Source of the DNA: Octopus vulgaris
Taxonomy: Eukaryota
Reading direction: 5' to 3'
Length of the DNA stretch: 64,000 nt
Assembly (NCBI GenBank): GCA_951406725.2
Contig: OX597832.1
Location: 18,972,001 to 19,036,000 of the forward strand
In this document: in pieces, positions 54,574 through 64,000 of the stretch
How positions within the stretch are numbered: the first letter of the stretch is position 1
Layout: each line of letters opens with the position of its first letter
The notes under the pieces: generated by a model
Database searches by the model: none
The model's input: only the letters and a program-made list of their open reading frames with translations
Told to the model about the DNA's origin: nothing
Program-made: the position numbers and the translations under genes

Positions 54574-54898
54574 TGTTGTTGTTGTTGTTGTTGTTTTTGG
54601 TTGTGGTGGTAGTGGTGTTGTTGTTGTTGTTGTTGTTGTTACTATAACTGCTCCTACGTTCTTCTCATTATTCTTAGAGATATCATGGTTTTATTATTAT
54701 TGTTTGTTTTTTTTCTTGAGACTAAGAAACGAAATGAAAAATACTGGCACCTTTAGTGCAGTAGCTTTTAAACTAAGAGCAACTTTTCTAGACGATAATG
54801 TTCCGCGTGTACGTACGTGTTACAATAAGTATCTATGCATAGTATGCATTTATGTCCCTGCGTATCTATCTATCTATCTATCTATGCCTATCTATCGA

Positions 54899-55040
<142 letters not shown>

Positions 55041-55566
55041 TATATGAGTGTGTGTGCATGTGTGTGTGTGTAACGTATACATACAAACGGACTCACGCAC
55101 TCTATGCTCCTAAGCTTACGTTTGCAAAAAAACAAACATATTCGTCAACATACTGTATATATGTATGTGCTTGTGTTTATGTGTGCAAGAATATGTGTGT
55201 TTATCTGTATGTGTGCATGCGTGTGTGTGTGTCTCTGTGTGTGTGGCTTGAAAACGGTTGTTTGTTATTTCTTTATTGATGAAATTAGTATGAACAAATT
55301 TTCTTTTCTATATTTTGTTATTTTATGTCGAAAGTATAGTTTGCTTGCAGGATCATATTACTACAGAATAATGAAAAGATAAAAAAAGGAAAGAAACAGT
55401 AACTATTCTTCTCTATAGGTTTATGTAAGAAATCTAAAAGGGTGAAGAGAAAAAAAAAACAAGCAAACACGTACCATACACATACATTTCAATATATATG
55501 TTATATATGTTTGCGCTTCTGTGAGTTTGTGTGTTATTATGTATATTTACAGACACAGACATTTCC

Positions 55567-55631
<65 letters not shown>

Positions 55632-55644
55632 TAAACACATAGAC

Positions 55645-55675
<31 letters not shown>

Positions 55676-55825
55676 CGTGTACACGCATATATATATATAT
55701 ATATATACATGCATATACAAAAACGTGTAACTTAAAAGAGTGTTAAGTCACAACTAGTATATTTGCTTAGTAATCAATGATTTGAAAGCATAGTAAGTAG
55801 TAAGAAATGTGTTTTGCATATTAAT

Positions 55826-55898
<73 letters not shown>

Positions 55899-56005
55899 GT
55901 GCGTATTTTATATATATATATAAATTATATAAATATACATATAGCTATATGAATATATGTATATCTATCTATTTATGTATGTATGTATGTATCTATACTA
56001 CACAC

Positions 56006-56066
<61 letters not shown>

Positions 56067-56123
56067 TACATATATGCATATAAATAAATATATCTATTTA
56101 TTTTTCTATCTATCTATGTATCT

Positions 56124-56219
<96 letters not shown>

Positions 56220-56544
56220 GTATATATAGATATTACGTGTTTTTCTATTTTATAGTTGTTACGTTAGTTATTTAAAAGGGTCTCATAATTGTATTTGATG
56301 TTCTCTACGTTATTTTCCTATAATTTTGATCGCGTTCTCATGTAATGTTGTTGTTCTTCCGCTGATGTCATATCATACGATTGTTGTGTTCTTACTTAAC
56401 TTTGACATCTAAATGTAAGTCTGACTACAATATCTTTAACAGTATACGTTCGCGCCGCCATTTTCCAGACATAATTATCACTATTATTAACTATTTACAC
56501 TACCACTACAACTACTACTGCTGCTACTGCTGCTGCCACTGCTG

Positions 56545-56631
<87 letters not shown>

Positions 56632-56819
56632 ATATTAATAATGATAATAATGATAATAATGATAATAATGATAATAATAATAATAATAATAACAATAATA
56701 ATAATAATAATGATATATCAATTGTCCCTGTTGCTAATAGAATTCATCATCATCATGCTCATGATCATCATCATGATCATCATGACCATCATCATCATCA
56801 TCATCATCATCGTCATCAT

Positions 56820-56851
<32 letters not shown>

Positions 56852-56884
56852 GCACCATTATCATCATCATTACTAATATCTTTT

Positions 56885-57530
56885 CTTTATAAGTTTCAGT
56901 TGGCGATTTGCGGCGATGCTGGAGCACCGTGTTAACTCTGCTACATTTTCATTAAACCTGCTCCGATGGTATGTGGCATTTGGCGAATGAGGCAGTTTGA
57001 TATTGTTGCCTTCATCTGTGTTTCTTGCCGCAAGAGATGGTCATCTGGAATCCTTGACAGGGCAAGATATAGTCTTAATTTGTGGCACTTACATCCACTT
57101 CATGTAGGACCTTCAAGCTGTTGAAATACCTGGTCCTGTATGCTCGGATTTCTCTAATATGATATCGTGCCCTTTTCGCCCGTTTGCGTAACTTACAATG
57201 CCAAAGTGAGATACAAGTTCTTCTATATGTATACCATTACATATAATACCCACCTTCGTTCTGGGGAGTAGATTCTTAACTCATTCAGTATCTTGTAGTA
57301 GCAGTCGTACCGCATTGAGACGATCTCTTTTGGGTAGCTTCAGTGTATTGATTCGAGTTACATCGTTAATTTTACACTGTGTGATGGCCATACCTGGATG
57401 CAGAAATCTAAATGGTTGAGAAAATATGTCCTCCAGAAGACCATCGTAGTTTCCTGTTCGATTCTGAAAATTGCAGGATACATCCAGCCAACTGTCAGCC
57501 TTTTATAGCCAACTTCGTAATATACACCTG
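56885..57530 (-). mobile_element. Decayed LINE 3' end (CR1/L2-group), related to 4160-4650
   Basis: Minus strand HLDFCIQVWPSHSVKL...EIVSMRY...LRIYSPERR...RIPDD, ending in CGGTGCTCCAGCATCGCCGCAAATCGCCAACTGAAACT. Confidence 0.7.
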
Positions 57531-57674
57531 GAAAGATATATATATATATTTTCATTTCTATTCTACTCTATGTTACGTCTAACATGTTCAGAACACATAC
57601 ACACATGTAAGTAAATATCAATACTCCTGATATAAATGTATATATAGCCATAGATACAAGCACACACACACACA

Positions 57675-57739
<65 letters not shown>

Positions 57740-57746
57740 ACACACA

Positions 57747-57791
<45 letters not shown>

Positions 57792-57795
57792 GCAT

Positions 57796-57934
57796 TGTAA
57801 GGAGCTTGCTTCCCAACCACATGGTTCTGAGTTCAGTTCCGTAGCGCGACAGCTGCTGCATGTATTTTCTTCTATAGCCTCTGTCCGTTCAAGGACTTTT
57901 GACTGGAGATGGCAGACAGAAACTGAAAGAACCC

Positions 57935-57988
<54 letters not shown>

Positions 57989-58010
57989 GTGTGTGTGTGT
58001 GTGTATGTAT

Positions 58011-58042
<32 letters not shown>

Positions 58043-58258
58043 CTATGTTTGTCCTTCCACCAAACATCTCTTCACAACCGATGTTGTTGAGTGTACGTAC
58101 TCATAATGTAGTGGTTCTTGAATACAGAACAATACATTAAATACCAGGCTTAAAACGAATAAGTCCCAGGTTTGATTTATCGGACGAAAAAAACCCTTTA
58201 AATCAGTGCTCCAACACGGCCGCAGTCAAATGACTGAAACGTGTAAAAAGTTAAAAGA
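57796..58258 (+). mobile_element. SINE family B, diverged
   Basis: GTAAGGAGCTTGCTTCCCAACCACATGGTTCTGAGTTCAG head, internal (TA)/(TG) tract, and tail GTGCTCCAACACGGCCGCAGTCAAATGACTGAAAC. Confidence 0.8.
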
Positions 58259-58447
58259 ATATATATGTGTGCGTGTGTATCGATATATATATATTATATA
58301 TATTTGTATATATATACATATATATATATATACGTACATATATATTTAAAAGTATATATTTGTATATATATATGTGTATATATATACATATATATACATG
58401 TATACATGTATATACATATGAGTGTGTGTGTATCTTGTTAAATGATT

Positions 58448-58497
<50 letters not shown>

Positions 58498-59419
58498 TGT
58501 AAACCTACGAACTCTGGAACCTGAAAAGGAATAATGGATCATAATATCGAAAGTTTGTCATAGACATATTCTAAATTTGCCTGAGGTTTGCACATATATC
58601 GGAGATAAACTTTATTCTCACAACTTCATTCTCAGTACAATCTAACAATTCTGCATAAAATTATGTAATCAATTATAAATCTCCTTAAACAAATAATGCT
58701 AAAATACAAATCGAAGAAACTCAGAAAGGGAAGACAATTGCTTTACCGATAGAAGTGAAAACCGAAAACTTAAAAAGAAGATCGTAATTGGCCTCAAAAA
58801 TCTACGTGAAGAAAAATTATATCACGTTCCTTTTTCTTATAATTCTTTACTTTTTGGATTTTGGCAGTGATGGCTGCTATAGCTTTAGAAAATAACGTGT
58901 GGGAAAGTTACCATTTCTCACTGGAAAGCATCCAGCGAATATCTCTAACACTCTGTTAAAATATATATTTTTGAAATGTATTGTTAAACATTAAGAGAAA
59001 AAATAATTTATAAAGCTGTGGAAAATATATTATGACTAAAAAAAAAATACAACGCTGGACACATATTTTTTCAGCGCTTTAGATCAATAAGTCTATTCGA
59101 TCCGAGCATATGAACAACATCAACAACAGCAGAAATAAAAACTAAAAGAACAGATAATATGAAGGCTATTACAAACAATACAAAAACAACGGCAATGAAA
59201 GCGTTAACAACCAGCCAGTGCGTTTCGTTCCATGAATTAAAAATGTAATCATAATTTTATTTTTTTAAATCTCACACGCCTCGCATGATAATATAACTCA
59301 AAATTATATATATTTTCATTTAATTGTATTCAAAGCGTAGACTTTTACATTGCAATTTAAATGTTTGGCGTTCAAGTGATAAGCGTGGGCATCATTTGTG
59401 ACGATTCACGCATTGAAGC

Positions 59420-59467
<48 letters not shown>

Positions 59468-59494
59468 ATATATATATGTGTATATATTTATATA

Positions 59495-59621
<127 letters not shown>

Positions 59622-59766
59622 TCGACACTCGACACACACATATGCATCTATAATTTCAGCCTTTCAAACTTTTGTCAATAAATATAGATACACATTCATA
59701 TTCATAGGTTTGTGTGGGTGCAATATTGAGAGAAACTATAAATATATTGCTGCGTGTGCATGTATG

Positions 59767-59811
<45 letters not shown>

Positions 59812-59825
59812 CTAGATAGATAGAT

Positions 59826-59901
<76 letters not shown>

Positions 59902-61248
59902 TCATCTTTCTCTACACTTTATTTGAAACTTTAAAATAACCAACACCCACCACCCAAAAAACATGAGTAATATGGCCATTTCCTCCTTCTTCACACGTTC
60001 TATCTATATATGCATTATTTGTTTGTTTCTTCTATATTTATCCTAATCATTATTATTATTTACTTTTTAACTGTTTCTCTACTCTTCCATTACCTTTTAA
60101 TACACATTATTAGCAAAAAATAAAACATATGAAAGATAAAAAAATACGCTAACATCGTCATCAGAAAAAATGTCTGCCATAATATTTCGTATCGCCATTT
60201 TAGCAGTTTAGCAGTCTATATAGACCAAACGGTCACGCTTATCCAACTCTCACCGTCTGCGACACGCACAATTAATTTGCTTTTATTCTTAGTTGTTTTA
60301 TCATCTTTATAACATTTCACACGCACGCACACACACGCGGACTCACACACCCACACTCTCTTTCTTTCTCTCAGTCTCTCAGTCTGTCTGTCTCTCTGTC
60401 TCTGTCTCTGTCTCTGTGTCTCTCTCTTGCACACACATTTCCAATGTGTTTTATGCTCTCTCTATAAGTTGATGTCTCTCCTTTACTCTCACTCTCTCTT
60501 TCTGTATGTCTTCCTCACCCTCTCTACATATAAAAGTATATACATACATATATATATATATATATCAGGTAATATATATGTATGTGTGTGTATGTATGTT
60601 TCTGTGTGTATATATTATATGTTCATTTTCATTTATATTTCGCACGTACGTCATTTATCCTATTACTCTGCCCACTCTCAAACGTTGAGTATCTCTACCT
60701 CCGTATCAGATACATTCTATTTCTTCCGCACTTCCAGTCGGGATTCCCTTTTCCTCGTTCGTCCGCACTCTCACTTCACATCCCAATCCATTTATTATTG
60801 TTACTATATCCAACTCAATAAGAATTTCTAAAAAGTCTCCCTACCTATATTCTCTCCCTTTATTTGACGGCAGAAACACAATTGTTCCGTCGAACCTGAA
60901 TTCTTCTTATTATATTTATCCGTTTACAATATCTTCTTCTCTCTCGCCTTTTTCTCATTCATTATCCCTCTTTCTCTCTCTCACCTCAGCAAATAGAAAG
61001 ATTAACACCGGCGTGTCTCTAATAATCTTCATTTACTATATAAATGAATCAGTGTTGATGTGTGAGTGTTTGTATATTCCATGCAATATATTGTTATACA
61101 ACAATTTTTTAAAGTCTTACTGTTGATATCGTATATACATCGATAGTGTATATTTAATATCATATAAATTGTCACATGTATACATTTATGAATGTCAACA
61201 CACACTAATACAGAGATAAGTACACATGCGTCTGCGTGAGAATATGTA

Positions 61249-61287
<39 letters not shown>

Positions 61288-61384
61288 CTGTATAAACACA
61301 CATATTTATATACATATACGTATATATATACATATGTATATATATATATAAACATATACATGCATATCTATATATATGTACATA

Positions 61385-61415
<31 letters not shown>

Positions 61416-61683
61416 AGTTTCTATGTAAATACAAATAATATGCTACAGTGTGTTATTTATTTCCTATACTTTTTATATTTTTAATGCATTCCCAACTGCA
61501 AGCTACATTCTTGACGTTTCTATTTTTTGTTACTGTGCAATAGTAAATTTAGGCGGGAATATTATATATTTTTTTCAGGGCGCCTAAATAAATTATACAC
61601 TTATTTATTTTTATATATAATACACACATTCATTCACTCATAACTGCACAGGTACATCTATATACATGCACATATATATAATG

Positions 61684-61736
<53 letters not shown>

Positions 61737-61784
61737 TTGTGTGTAAGGGAAGGACCGGTACAAATTCATATGTATATGTATAAA

Positions 61785-61816
<32 letters not shown>

Positions 61817-61957
61817 CATATACATAAATACATATATTTAAATGTATGTTATTTATATATATGTACATGTTCTGTATATATATAAGCATGCATATACACA
61901 AATTTACTTAAATATATGTATGTGTGTTTGTATGTTTTTGTATGTGTTTGTGTGTGT

Positions 61958-62002
<45 letters not shown>

Positions 62003-62192
62003 TGTGTGTGTCTGTATGATTCCTCTGTATGAGTTTTTGTTTGTGTATTTATTCTACTTTCAATTTCCGTTATATTTTCAGGTTTGCAATTATTATATGG
62101 CTTCCTTAAAAAAATATAGAAATGGAAGTATTGATTTTACAAAGTACGCTACATGTAGCTGTTGTCGGTGTTGTAGTCATTTTTGTTGATGA

Positions 62193-62255
<63 letters not shown>

Positions 62256-62466
62256 CATTATTACTGCAACGTTTGGTTGTTGTTTTAATATTAAAAACCG
62301 TTTTTAGTTTAATATATATATAGAAGAAAAATTCATAAACAAGCATCGTCTATGAAGAGTTTCAGGGAATATTATTTTTTTGCATAACAGATATATATGC
62401 ATATATAAGTGTGTAATCGTGTGTCTGTGTATACGTGTGGAGATCTTTTGCGTATGAGCCTGTGTA

Positions 62467-62523
<57 letters not shown>

Positions 62524-62536
62524 TATATATACACAC

Positions 62537-62570
<34 letters not shown>

Positions 62571-62574
62571 TCAG

Positions 62575-62605
<31 letters not shown>

Positions 62606-63269
62606 CATACATACATATATGTATATATATATATATATATACAAATATCTAAACACGTATAATATATCTAGATATACTATCTGTGCCTATGTATATATAA
62701 GCATACAAACAGTCATACACACAAAACATTGTAAAGGAAGCTAAATCATTTGACTTCTGGTATTGCCTGCTTAGTTCGTTTCTGTTTACTTTCTGAAACA
62801 TGATGTAAAGCTACTGTAGCACTACTATCGGTAATGGCAGAGCATATATATATAATTCTTATTTGAAAATAATAATAATTTATGTTTTCAAATTTAATAT
62901 AATGGCAGCCCGATATAACTTCATCAGCGTTAGAAGGCAGATGAACATTAAAGTAAGCAAATTGTCATTATAGAACATCAAATGGCTACCAACGCGTCTA
63001 CTTGTAATATATTTGGTCGTTCATTCTGAGACGTTAGTGCAAATAGTGAAGATGAAGTGAACGACATGTTTTCGTTATGCATTATATGGTATTAACATTC
63101 AAGATTACTCATCAGATCGATCTGTTAGGTATAAATCTACCTTTTTGCACAGTTGGCAGTCTGTCCCTGTTACGATGCTAACTGAAATATCTATCAATTC
63201 TCTTCTCTCCAGCGAAATACATTGTCATCCTAAGTTTGTACTACGTAACAGATGTATGCATTTCAAATT

Positions 63270-63440
63270 TTTGGCACAAAGCCAGGAATTTCAGGAAAGA
63301 GTTTTAGTCAATTACATCGACCCCAATGCTCAAATATTACTTATTTTATCCACCCCGAAATGATAAAAGGCATATACGATCTTGGTCAGAAGAAATGCCG
63401 CATTTTATCCGGCGTATTAACGATTTTACCTCCTCACTGT
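63270..63440 (-). mobile_element. SINE family C, diverged
   Basis: TCAATTACATCGACCCCAATGCTC...TTTTATCCACCCCGAAATGATAAAAGGCA. Confidence 0.65.
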
Positions 63441-64000
63441 CTTAATCATAACAGATATATTAAGTTGATTTTTTTGTGCAGATTTACCTTTCTTAATCAA
63501 AGGTTTTCTGACGACAAAAGCAATTTTATAGTTCCTATTTACAATTTATTAGTTCCTATTATTATATTTTTCCTTTTTAAGCCAGATTTATTTTACAACG
63601 GGAATCATTACTACGAACACAAATGAGATTGTGCTTGCGTTGTTAAAATTATAAGTTTATATAAATTCATACCTTCTACAGGCACAATTATTTTATATAT
63701 CTCTCACTCACTCACTCTGTCACTCTCTGTCTCTTACTGTCTCTCTCTTTTTCTCACCGGCTCTCTCTTCTCCCGTTCTCTCTCCGCTTCTCTACGACAT
63801 ACGCACTCATACTTTGAACATAAAACATTTTCCTCTCATAAATCCACTAAAATTCTTGCATTAAAAAACCTTACCCATTAATCTGACTCTTTGCACGATA
63901 TCTTGTACTGTGCTAAGCTATTGTTTCAACGTAAGCTTATACTATGTCCGATAAACCTCCATGCCCCTTCTTTTGCATCCTAAACCTCCATACCCATTCT

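Overview
AT-rich, microsatellite-saturated eukaryotic (metazoan) non-coding DNA. The repeat complement of tRNA-headed SINEs with (TA)n/(TAA)n/(GATA)n tracts resembles octopus genomes; this is an inference. I find no intact host gene, and nearly all listed ORFs are translations of simple repeats. The window is a transposon graveyard: four decayed mariner elements, a Tc1-like MITE, a non-autonomous Helitron, CR1/L2-group and R4/Dong-like LINE remnants, Penelope-like ends with minimal hammerhead-like motifs, and about 20 SINE copies from at least four families. The standout feature is a 5.2-kb array of about 74 copies of a 70/71-bp unit (39824-45052). It is an in-situ amplification of the N-terminal helix-turn-helix coding segment of a mariner transposase, still sitting in register inside its parent element, and it contains a 705-bp (10-unit) higher-order duplication. 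Boundaries of decayed elements were read by eye and are approximate.
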